From an uncultured bacterium (GTDB taxonomy: Bacteria > Fidelibacterota > Marinisomatia > SCGC-AAA003-L08 > JACNLC01), in NCBI GenBank assembly GCA_964527215.1, contig CAZGNZ010000001.1:1276-65275 (forward strand): a DNA stretch of 64,000 nt. The letters run 5' to 3'. Made by a program: the position numbers and the translations under genes. A model generated the notes under the pieces. The model searched no databases. It was not told the origin of the DNA and saw only the letters and a program-made list of their open reading frames with translations. Below, one piece after another: positions 36,351 through 44,063 of the stretch. Position 1 is the first letter of the stretch, and each line of letters starts with the position of its first letter.

Positions 36351-36402
36351 TTAAAGCCAACCACCTGTGATGGTGGATAGTCAGATTTCAGCAATTTTTT
36401 AC
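36351..36402 (+). repeat. 53-nt direct repeat unit, copy 2 (37 nt upstream of the ECF sigma start)
   Basis: TTAAAGCCAACCACCTGTGATGGTGGATAGTCAGATTTCAGCAATTTTTTAC. The hairpin CCACC-TGTGAT-GGTGG is retained in copy 1 as CCGCC...GGTGG with a G-U pair. Confidence 0.9.
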
Positions 36403-36438
36403 GTTAACTTTTATGGATTCCGAGTTTCTAAGCCGCCG

Positions 36439-36975
36439 ATGATGATGACCGACCGGGAACTTATCGAAGATTTCCTCAGAGGCAATGAACAATCATTTAA
36501 TGACCTGATACGGAAACACCAGGCATGGGTTGTGAATTTTGTTATGCAGACGATCAGCATCAAGGAAGATGCGGAAGATATTGCACAGGATGTTTTTGTA
36601 AAAGTGTATTTTGCTCTGCCAAAGTTCCGTTTTGAATCTGAATTCAAAACCTGGCTGTACCGCATTGTCATCAACCGGATGAATAATTTTTTCAGGAAGC
36701 AGAAACTGCTGAACTGGTTTGGAGCGGAAATGCCGGCAGAGCCGGTAGATGCACCTTCAGAAAATAACGATGACCATCGCAGGGAATTGACTGCAATGGT
36801 AAATCGACTGCCGCGGGTGCAGAGAAATGTGACCATACTGAGATCCTTCCAGCAGATGAGTTTCAGACAGGTGGCTGCGGTGCTGAACATCACCGAAAAT
36901 TCTGCCAAAGTCTCATTTCATAAAGCCAAAAACAATTTAAAAAGGATGACCGATGGACAACATGTCAGCAGATGA
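36439..36975 (+). CDS. ECF-type RNA polymerase sigma-70 factor
   Basis: Start moved to ATG 36439 (MMMTDRELIEDFLRGNEQSFNDLIRKH); the track start 36367 lies inside the repeat. Region 2 AEDIAQDVFVKVY and region 4 SFRQVAAVLNITENSAKVSFHKAKNNLK. Confidence 0.88.
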   Translation: MMMTDRELIEDFLRGNEQSFNDLIRKHQAWVVNFVMQTISIKEDAEDIAQDVFVKVYFALPKFRFESEFKTWLYRIVINRMNNFFRKQKLLNWFGAEMPAEPVDAPSENNDDHRRELTAMVNRLPRVQRNVTILRSFQQMSFRQVAAVLNITENSAKVSFHKAKNNLKRMTDGQHVSR

Positions 36976-37291
36976 TTTTATCCGGGGTGTGCATCAGAAA
37001 ATAAATCGAAAAAAACAGTATCGGGTCATTACAAATACCACTGCTGTGGTGCTCATGACGGCAGTTATTGGATTTCTGTCACTTCAGCGGTTTTATAATA
37101 ATACCCCAGGAGCAGACTGGGCGGATATCCCACAGATTCAGACAGTGTATGAATGGGAGTTGTATACGGATGTTGAATCTGAACAGGCCTGGGAGTATCT
37201 CATTGACGAACTCAGCCTGGATGAATTGATGGAACTCCTGGAGAGTTTCGAAGATATTGCCTGGATTGAATCTATTCGAATGGAGGGCTAA
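36953..37291 (+). CDS. Putative anti-sigma factor (single TM)
   Basis: 112 aa. Overlaps the sigma gene by 23 nt. TM AVVLMTAVIGFLSL. The call rests on position and architecture only. Confidence 0.5.
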   Translation: MDNMSADDFIRGVHQKINRKKQYRVITNTTAVVLMTAVIGFLSLQRFYNNTPGADWADIPQIQTVYEWELYTDVESEQAWEYLIDELSLDELMELLESFEDIAWIESIRMEG

Positions 37292-37293
37292 TT

Positions 37294-37779
37294 ATGAGAA
37301 AAACACAACCGTATATCCATTTAATGTTTTTGGTTATGCCAGTATTGCTTGTTGGATTGTGGGCACAAGATCGCCCATCCGGGAAAGAAATGCGCATCAT
37401 GAAGAAATGGAAAATGATTGAGTACCTGAATTTGGATGAGACTCAGTCAGAACGATTTTTCCCGAGAGTTAATGCACTGGAAAATAATCTTGAAAATATT
37501 CGGGAACAGCAGACAAGTCTGCGCAATCGGCTTCGTAATCTGAAAGATGAAGATCATGTCGACTATCAGCAGATCAATGATCTGAATGATGAGATTTATG
37601 ATCTGGAAGAGGAAGCAAACCGAATGATTCGAGAACATATGCGAAATGTTGATGATATATTGTCTCCCGAGCAGAAAGTGAAATACACCATTTTTGAAGA
37701 TGAATTTAAAAAACAAATTAAAACGAAGGTATCTGAACGTACCCAAAGCGGCAAACGTCCATTTGGTAAGAGAAAATAA
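37294..37779 (+). CDS. Periplasmic Spy/CpxP-like (LTxxQ-type) protein
   Basis: 161 aa. Signal peptide, an all-helical charged sequence, LxxxQ motifs LDETQSERF and LSPEQKVKY. Confidence 0.55.
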   Translation: MRKTQPYIHLMFLVMPVLLVGLWAQDRPSGKEMRIMKKWKMIEYLNLDETQSERFFPRVNALENNLENIREQQTSLRNRLRNLKDEDHVDYQQINDLNDEIYDLEEEANRMIREHMRNVDDILSPEQKVKYTIFEDEFKKQIKTKVSERTQSGKRPFGKRK

Positions 37780-37822
37780 CATGCAGTAATCTCGCAGCCA
37801 ACTGGTAAAGAAAGGTGATCAC

Positions 37823-38482
37823 ATGAAAAAAGTACTGTTTATTCTCTTCCTGACATTCCTGGTCAGCGGATGTTATACCGTTGTACGGCCTCCGGCTTCT
37901 GCTGAACCGCCTGACAGCGACAACAGTGACCGGGAAGAATACATCATTTACAATGAGTACAATTATGTCCATCCCAGATACTACCATGATCACAGACGCT
38001 TCAGAAGATCGTTTTGGAGCGATCCATTCTGGGATCCGTACTATTACGACTACAATTACTATTATTACAATGACTGGTGGTACTGGGATCATTATTACTA
38101 CGGACACGGATACAGTTACGGAGGCGGCGGCGGAGACAGTGACGAGCCACAGCCCCGACGAACTCGTCCAATTGACCGGAATGACAGTGGGGACGCATAC
38201 GGCATCGGCGGCAGCAGCAGCGGCGGAAGCTATTACAGCAGCGGTAATGATAACATCAATTATTACAATGCCGAAAATCCCGATGAAGAGCAGGATGACA
38301 GCAATTCCGGTTACGCACCGACCCCCACTTATCGCACAGGCACGGTTGTCACGAAAGATCAATCCTCAAAGTCAGCCGGATCGGAAGAAAAAAAGAACGA
38401 TTCAAGCAGTTCCGGATCGAACAAATCAAGTTCAAAGAAAAATGACAGTAAAAAGCGTCGGAAAAGCAGAGGACGTGTATGA
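37823..38482 (+). CDS. Lipoprotein with extreme Tyr/Trp/Asp/Asn/Gly/Ser-rich low-complexity sequence
   Basis: Lipobox FLVSGC at aa 13-18, SD AAAGGTGA. The stretch DPYYYDYNYYYYNDWWYWDHYYYGHGYSYGGGGG (aa 71-104) has 14 Tyr and 3 Trp in 34 residues. Basic C-terminal tail KKNDSKKRRKSRGRV. Confidence 0.65.
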   Translation: MKKVLFILFLTFLVSGCYTVVRPPASAEPPDSDNSDREEYIIYNEYNYVHPRYYHDHRRFRRSFWSDPFWDPYYYDYNYYYYNDWWYWDHYYYGHGYSYGGGGGDSDEPQPRRTRPIDRNDSGDAYGIGGSSSGGSYYSSGNDNINYYNAENPDEEQDDSNSGYAPTPTYRTGTVVTKDQSSKSAGSEEKKNDSSSSGSNKSSSKKNDSKKRRKSRGRV

Positions 38483-39621
38483 CGAAAATGAGTATGATTT
38501 TCCTGCTGCTTCCAGCGTTGCTGGGAGCGCAGAATTATCTGGATGCCCTGCGGCCGTTCTACGGTTTTCAGAGTGTTCAGCCGCTTAACATCGCAATTGG
38601 CAACAGTACCGTTGCCGCCGGACAGGTTATTCCCGGCTTTACCAATAACCCGGCCAGTTGGGGAATGCATCGATTTACTTCGCTGCAGACCGGATTCAAT
38701 CTTTCAAATTTTGAATCTGGTTCAAAAAACCTTACCGGCAGCGGGTTCAGCGGCGTTGGGTTTACGCTCCCGGTTCAGGTCTATCGCGGAAGTCTGTCGT
38801 TTGGCGGTGGAATCTTTCAGGATTTGGACTTCAGCACCCGCTACGGCAATTCCCAATACACCTATAACGAAGAAGGCGGCATGTATAAAACCGTATTTGG
38901 ATTTTCAGTTGAATATTCAGAGAATTTCTTTGTTGGTGCAGATATACAGTATTATCGTGGCGGGGATGAAATGATTCGGTTTTACGACAGTGACAGCACT
39001 GATTATCTGGATATGGATTACAAAGGCTGGAGTGCATCGCTGGGTGCAATCCACCGGGTTTCACCCATGGTTCAGATCGGAGCTGCCATCCAGCTTCCAA
39101 CGGCAATTTGGGCAGATGAAACATTTACGTTTTCCAATCACCTGGACCCTGACGACTATGCTATATGGAATTCAGACTATAAACTCACCCGGCCCATGCA
39201 GGTATTTTTCGGCGCCAGCTTTCTCCACCCCATCATCAATATTTTTTATCAGGGAGATTGGACCGACTGGACCAATTTGAAATTTGAAGGGGATAATATT
39301 TTTGTTGATAATCAGCCGCTGGATGTGATTATTGATGAAGAAATCAGAGAAAACATGCAGACAACGCTGTCCCATCATCTGGGTTTTGCGTTTCACATTC
39401 CACAGATGCCCCTGCATTTTTACGGGGGATATCAATACCTGGAAATTCCCTATAAGAGCTTTTATGAGTCTGACATGCGGGAATCTGTCAGCGCCGGTAT
39501 TTCATATTTGATCAGTCAGCAGGTCAGCCTGCAATTTGGCCAAACCCGGTATTTCTGGGATTACCTTGGAGAAGAAGAAACATATACCCAAACCGCCTTT
39601 GGACTGACACTCCATTATTAA
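38479..39621 (+). CDS. Outer-membrane beta-barrel protein (unassigned family)
   Basis: ATGA overlap with the lipoprotein gene. Signal peptide MTKMSMIFLLLPALLGAQ, alternating amphipathic beta-strand pattern, aromatic C-terminus AFGLTLHY. Confidence 0.6.
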   Translation: MTKMSMIFLLLPALLGAQNYLDALRPFYGFQSVQPLNIAIGNSTVAAGQVIPGFTNNPASWGMHRFTSLQTGFNLSNFESGSKNLTGSGFSGVGFTLPVQVYRGSLSFGGGIFQDLDFSTRYGNSQYTYNEEGGMYKTVFGFSVEYSENFFVGADIQYYRGGDEMIRFYDSDSTDYLDMDYKGWSASLGAIHRVSPMVQIGAAIQLPTAIWADETFTFSNHLDPDDYAIWNSDYKLTRPMQVFFGASFLHPIINIFYQGDWTDWTNLKFEGDNIFVDNQPLDVIIDEEIRENMQTTLSHHLGFAFHIPQMPLHFYGGYQYLEIPYKSFYESDMRESVSAGISYLISQQVSLQFGQTRYFWDYLGEEETYTQTAFGLTLHY

Positions 39622-39655
39622 TCATGATTCATGATGCATCACGCATGATTGAGCA

Positions 39656-39684
39656 GGCCCCGCTTCGGCGGGGTTTGTATTTTA
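39656..39684 (+). terminator. Rho-independent terminator ending the ECF operon
   Basis: CCCCGC-TTCG-GCGGGG followed by TTTGTATTTT. Confidence 0.8.
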
Positions 39685-40014
39685 TGATGATCATATCTGC
39701 CGAATTTCCAAACCTGACATAGCAGTATTTCAAATTGACTGCCGGGAATTACTGTCCGGCGGATCAGGAATTTCCATAGTAATATTAGAGAACATCAGAT
39801 CCGTATGCATCTGCCTGCCCGCCCTTTCAAAGCAATAGGCTGACAGAATCTGTATTCATTCCATTTTCCATGCTGAAGGATATAATTGATCACCGGACGC
39901 GGGTAATTTTCCGGGTTTTATTTCATCCTGAAAAAAATTTCACCGGTGGTAAATTACTTTGCTTGAATCGATGATGGTTCTGTATGTTGAGTTTTCACAG
40001 GAGTCTGAAGCATA

Positions 40015-40374
40015 ATGGGCAAAATCTGTATTAACAATCTGAAACTCTTTGGATATCACGGATGTCTGGTTGAGGAAAATAATCTCGGCCAATGGTTCGA
40101 AATCGATGCGGAAATTCTGACGGATATTCGTGAAGCAGGCCGAACCGACAAACTGGAAAATACCGTTGATTACAGGGAAGTGATCAAGTGCATTTCGACC
40201 GTATTTGCTGAGAAAAAGTATCGCCTGCTGGAATGCCTCGCAACAGATATTGGCCACAGAATTCTGGAAATTAGGGGAATAACGGAAGTCTCCGTGACAA
40301 TTCGGAAACCGCAGGTTCCCGTGGATGCCGTACTGGACTGGGTATCTGTTTCCGAGACAATGAGGAAGGTATAA
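40015..40374 (+). CDS. folB: Dihydroneopterin aldolase
   Basis: 119 aa. INNLKLFGYHGCLVEENNLGQWFEIDAEI and TVDYREV are typical of FolB. Confidence 0.85.
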   Translation: MGKICINNLKLFGYHGCLVEENNLGQWFEIDAEILTDIREAGRTDKLENTVDYREVIKCISTVFAEKKYRLLECLATDIGHRILEIRGITEVSVTIRKPQVPVDAVLDWVSVSETMRKV

Positions 40375-40883
40375 TGGGTCAGGTGTTTTTAGCGCTTGGA
40401 TCCAATCTGGGCAATCGTTTAAATCATCTGCAAACCGGTCTTGGTGAGCTGGAAATGCTGGGATGCACGATTTTCAGGGAATCTCCGGTGTATGAAACTC
40501 CGCCGATGTATTATCTGGACCAGAACAAGTTTCTCAACCAGGTTGTTGAAATGGTTACATCCATGACTCCGATGGAACTGTTGGTCGCGGCCAAACAGGT
40601 AGAGCGCACGAACGGGCGCATCGAAAAAACATTCAGAAACGGTCCGCGCACTCTGGATATTGATATTCTGTGTTTTGACGCTCTGACACTGAGTGAACGA
40701 CTTCTGGTCATTCCGCATCCTAAAATTGCAGAGAGACGGTTTGTGCTTCAGCCCTGGAATGATATTGCACCTGGGTATATTGTGCCAGGATTGAACAAGA
40801 CCGTTGCACAACTGTTGACAGATACTTCGGATTGTTCAAAAATTTATCGGTATCATACCGACTTAATAAGTGAAATACAATGA
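40374..40883 (+). CDS. folK: 2-amino-4-hydroxy-6-hydroxymethyldihydropteridine diphosphokinase
   Basis: VFLALGSNLGNR, GPRTLDIDIL and IPHPKIAERRFVLQPW. Confidence 0.9.
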   Translation: MGQVFLALGSNLGNRLNHLQTGLGELEMLGCTIFRESPVYETPPMYYLDQNKFLNQVVEMVTSMTPMELLVAAKQVERTNGRIEKTFRNGPRTLDIDILCFDALTLSERLLVIPHPKIAERRFVLQPWNDIAPGYIVPGLNKTVAQLLTDTSDCSKIYRYHTDLISEIQ

Positions 40884-41524
40884 AATCTGCATATTATATC
40901 GCTATTGAAGGCACAATCGGTGTAGGCAAAACCAGCCTCGCCAAAATACTCACTGACCGTCTGGATGCCAGACTGATTGTTGAAGAGTTTGAGGAAAATC
41001 CGTTTCTGGCTGATTTCTACAGAAAACCAGAGAGGTTTGCATTTCAGACGCAGCTGTTCTTCCTGCTGTCCAGATATCGACAGCAGCTGGAACTTCAGCA
41101 AATGGAGCTTTTCACAAAAGCGATCGTGTCAGATTATATGTTTGCCAAGGATCGGCTGTTTGCATCGCTGAATCTTGATGACAAGGAAATGTCCCTTTAC
41201 AATTCCGTTGCCAATTTGCTGGAAAAAAATATTACATACCCGGATTTAGTCATATTCCTGCAGTCGGATACGGATCGGCTGATGGCCAATATTCGAAAAC
41301 GCGGCCGGGAATATGAGGTAGATATGGATTGGAAATACATTGACGCGTTGAATCAGATATACAATGAATATTTTTTCAGATATGATAAAAGTCCGCTGCT
41401 GATAATAAATACGAACGATATTGATTTTGTGAACAATGACGAAGACCTGGAAGAAATTCTGAATTTCATTCGAACGCCCAGCAAAGGTACAAAGTTTTTC
41501 AATCCGATCAAGAGCATGTACTAG
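40880..41524 (+). CDS. Deoxynucleoside kinase
   Basis: P-loop IAIEGTIGVGKTSLAKIL, followed by EEFEENPFLADFY and the ERFAFQTQLFFLLSRY pattern of the dNK family. Confidence 0.85.
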   Translation: MKSAYYIAIEGTIGVGKTSLAKILTDRLDARLIVEEFEENPFLADFYRKPERFAFQTQLFFLLSRYRQQLELQQMELFTKAIVSDYMFAKDRLFASLNLDDKEMSLYNSVANLLEKNITYPDLVIFLQSDTDRLMANIRKRGREYEVDMDWKYIDALNQIYNEYFFRYDKSPLLIINTNDIDFVNNDEDLEEILNFIRTPSKGTKFFNPIKSMY

Positions 41525-41531
41525 AGGATGT

Positions 41532-41711
41532 ATGGGTAAAATTATTATTCTGGGATTGGTCTTATGGATGGCCTATACATGGCTAAAGGGTTTTCTAATC
41601 AAGAATGACCACCCGGACCGCATGTTCAAACGGCCTAGGCAGAGCAAAAACGGAAAGTCTCAGAAAGCAGGAATGGATATTCAGGATGCCGAATATGAGG
41701 AAATAGAATGA
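41532..41711 (+). CDS. Small membrane protein (59 aa) missing from the ORF track
   Basis: SD GAGGA 5 nt upstream. Sequence MGKIIILGLVLWMAYTWLKGFLIKNDHPDRMFKRPRQSKNGKSQKAGMDIQDAEYEEIE*. Its stop overlaps the next start (ATGA at 41708-41711). One TM, a basic linker and an acidic DAEYEEIE tail. Confidence 0.55.
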   Translation: MGKIIILGLVLWMAYTWLKGFLIKNDHPDRMFKRPRQSKNGKSQKAGMDIQDAEYEEIE

Positions 41712-42733
41712 AAGCTGTTCGCATTCATACGCATGGTGACACGAAGATGCTGAAAGTAGAGGATCTGACGGAACCTGTCATTTCCCCGGACAAGGTGAAA
41801 ATTCAGATCAGGGCTGCTTCGCTTAACCATCTGGATATTTGGGTGCGGAGGGGAATTCCAGGATTGTCACTGCCTTTGATCATGGGCTCGGACGGTGCCG
41901 GAGTTATCACAGAAGTTGGAAGCAGTGTATCAGGTTATCAGGTTGGAGACGAAGTGGTGATCCAGCCGAACTGTTTCTGCGGCAGCTGCCCATCCTGCCG
42001 GGCCGGGATGGAAAATTACTGCACTGACTATGGCATCATCGGAGAAACAGAACAGGGGGTTCAATGTGAATATACGGTACTGGACCCAATTAATGTCTAT
42101 TCGAAACCGGACCATTTGAGTTTTATCGAAGCAGCTTCGATGCCATTGGTTTTTCTGACGGCTTATGAGATGCTTGTACCAAGGGCAGGGCTGAAGGGCG
42201 GTGAGAATATCCTGATTTACGGCGGTACATCCGGTGTTGGCAGTGCAGCGATTCAGATTGCCAAAGACATTGGGGCAAAAATCGCTGCAACGGTTGGCAG
42301 TTCCCACAAAATGGATGCAGCATACGAGATGGGCGCGGACCATGTGGTGGATCACAGCAGCCCGGACTGGATCGGAGATCTTCGGAAATTCTGTGGTCGC
42401 GGCGGGTTCAGCGTAATATTTGAACATGTTGGGAAAGCTACATGGGATGCCAGCATGAAACTGCTGGGTAAAGGGGGAAGACTGGTTACCTGCGGAGGAA
42501 CGACAGGCCCTTTCGTAACAATCGATTTACGCCATCTGTTTATGAAACAGCAATCTATACTCGGTTCAACAATGAGCTCGATGACGTCCTTTCGGACTGT
42601 GATGAAAAAAATCAATGAAAAGCGGTACCGGCCGTTTGTCGATCAGGTATTTCCATTCAGTAAAATCAGGGAAGCTCACAGCTGGCTTGAGAACCGCCGA
42701 CAGATCGGGAAAGTTGTTGTGGTTCCTGATTAG
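41708..42733 (+). CDS. Zinc-binding alcohol dehydrogenase / quinone oxidoreductase family (MDR)
   Basis: 341 aa. MGSDGAGVI, CGSCPSCRAGMENYC, GGTSGVGSAAIQIAK and GKVVVVP. Confidence 0.85.
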   Translation: MKAVRIHTHGDTKMLKVEDLTEPVISPDKVKIQIRAASLNHLDIWVRRGIPGLSLPLIMGSDGAGVITEVGSSVSGYQVGDEVVIQPNCFCGSCPSCRAGMENYCTDYGIIGETEQGVQCEYTVLDPINVYSKPDHLSFIEAASMPLVFLTAYEMLVPRAGLKGGENILIYGGTSGVGSAAIQIAKDIGAKIAATVGSSHKMDAAYEMGADHVVDHSSPDWIGDLRKFCGRGGFSVIFEHVGKATWDASMKLLGKGGRLVTCGGTTGPFVTIDLRHLFMKQQSILGSTMSSMTSFRTVMKKINEKRYRPFVDQVFPFSKIREAHSWLENRRQIGKVVVVPD

Positions 42734-42752
42734 GAACAGGAGGATGGATTAA

Positions 42753-43136
42753 ATGAAGATGCCGGAAAAACATGTATTCATCTGTACAAATGAAAGAACA
42801 CCCACCGGACCAAAGCAGAGCTGCGGAATGGCAGGGGGGCACGATATCCGGATTGCTCTGAAAAAGGAACTTGCCAGAAGGGGGATGCTGTCACAGGTCC
42901 GCTCCAGCAAGTCAGGCTGCCTGGGCACCTGCGAGATGGGGCCGACAATGGTCATTTATCCGCAGGGAGTCTGGTATAAAAGGGTGAAGGTGGAAGACAT
43001 ACCGGAAATCGTGGAAAAAACCATCATTCGGAATCAGATCATAGACCGGCTCATTTTCAAACAGCAGGATTGGATCACATGTCGGGGAGAGACTCCGCAA
43101 AATGTAACCGATGATGATAAGGGGGCAGGTCAGTGA
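42753..43136 (+). CDS. Thioredoxin-like [2Fe-2S] ferredoxin
   Basis: HVFICTNER...SCG...GCLGTCEMGPTMVIYPQGVWY matches the four-Cys pattern of that family. Confidence 0.8.
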   Translation: MKMPEKHVFICTNERTPTGPKQSCGMAGGHDIRIALKKELARRGMLSQVRSSKSGCLGTCEMGPTMVIYPQGVWYKRVKVEDIPEIVEKTIIRNQIIDRLIFKQQDWITCRGETPQNVTDDDKGAGQ

Positions 43137-43642
43137 GATTTATCCTGTCAGTATCATTTGCTCTCTGCATTCAGATTATATCCGCTGCCGGGCATCATGG
43201 AATTGCTTTCCGCATGTATGAAGAGGGGACCGCACTGCAGTATTCCTTTACCAGCTATTTCACACAGGTTTGGCACGGTAACTTTACAACCGGCATTCAT
43301 TTTGAGCAGGACGGGCGTGCCATTGATCCTTTCACGGGGGAGGAATATCCCAGGCGGCAGCGAACGTTTCTCCCTGTAATAATTGGGATTGAAAGAGTGC
43401 TTTTTCAGGATTCTATGGCTGGAAGTTTCCGTCCGATTCTGTTTGCCGAAGCAGGTGAAGTCGGAGATTTTTCCGGAAAGCGGTTTTGGGATCGGGAAAT
43501 AGTCTGGACTCCCATGTTTGCTGCAGGCGCCGGAGTACAGTTCACGGCAGGCAGCACACGGAACCGTATGACAATCGGGCGCTTGAGCAGCAGACAGCTT
43601 GAGGGAAACATCGTCATGGAATTGACCATATACTGGAAGTAA
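43133..43642 (+). CDS. Hypothetical secreted protein (small beta-rich, possibly outer membrane)
   Basis: 169 aa. Signal-like N-terminus MRFILSVSFALCIQIISAAG, 4-nt overlap with the ferredoxin gene, C-terminal aromatic residues ELTIYWK. Confidence 0.4.
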   Translation: MRFILSVSFALCIQIISAAGHHGIAFRMYEEGTALQYSFTSYFTQVWHGNFTTGIHFEQDGRAIDPFTGEEYPRRQRTFLPVIIGIERVLFQDSMAGSFRPILFAEAGEVGDFSGKRFWDREIVWTPMFAAGAGVQFTAGSTRNRMTIGRLSSRQLEGNIVMELTIYWK

Positions 43643-43652
43643 AGGAGTATTT

Positions 43653-43994
43653 ATGGATGGATGCATTTTTTGTAAAATTATCAACAGGGAAATTCCAGCG
43701 GATGTCATTGCTGAGTCGGAGACTGCCCTGGCATTCAGAGATATCAATCCCCAGGCACCGGTGCATTTTCTGGTTATCCCCAAAAAGCATATAGCGTCCG
43801 CACTGGATTTGGAACAGCACAAAACGGTTTTGAATGAGTTATCGGAACTGGCCGTTCAGGCTGCCAGGCTGGAAGGAATTGATAATTCCGGATTTCGATG
43901 GATTATTAATACCGGTAAAGAGGGCGGTCAGGATGTTGACCATCTTCATATGCACGTTCTCGGCGGTCGCCGACTGACCTGGCCACCGGGATAA
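43653..43994 (+). CDS. HIT-family (histidine triad) nucleotide-binding protein
   Basis: CIFCKII, FRDINPQAPVHFLVIPKKH and the histidine triad HLHMHVLGG. Confidence 0.9.
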   Translation: MDGCIFCKIINREIPADVIAESETALAFRDINPQAPVHFLVIPKKHIASALDLEQHKTVLNELSELAVQAARLEGIDNSGFRWIINTGKEGGQDVDHLHMHVLGGRRLTWPPG

Positions 43995-44063
43995 ATATTC
44001 ATTTTCTCTTAAAAAAAATTGGCAGATACTGATCAAATTTACAGGAATTCCTGCGGAATCTGA

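Noticed and set aside
36367-36438. GTG start at 36367 for the ECF sigma factor
   Set aside because: The first 24 codons lie inside the duplicated 53-nt non-coding unit. Sigma region 2 homology begins after MMMTDREL (ATG 36439).
39622-40014. Possible riboswitch or small ORF in the 393-nt spacer upstream of folB
   Set aside because: The only structure I can support is the ECF-operon terminator. The 32-codon ORF starting at 39624 runs through that terminator. The 105-aa minus-strand ORF (39940-40257) is antisense to folB. I recognised no THF-riboswitch-like conserved blocks.
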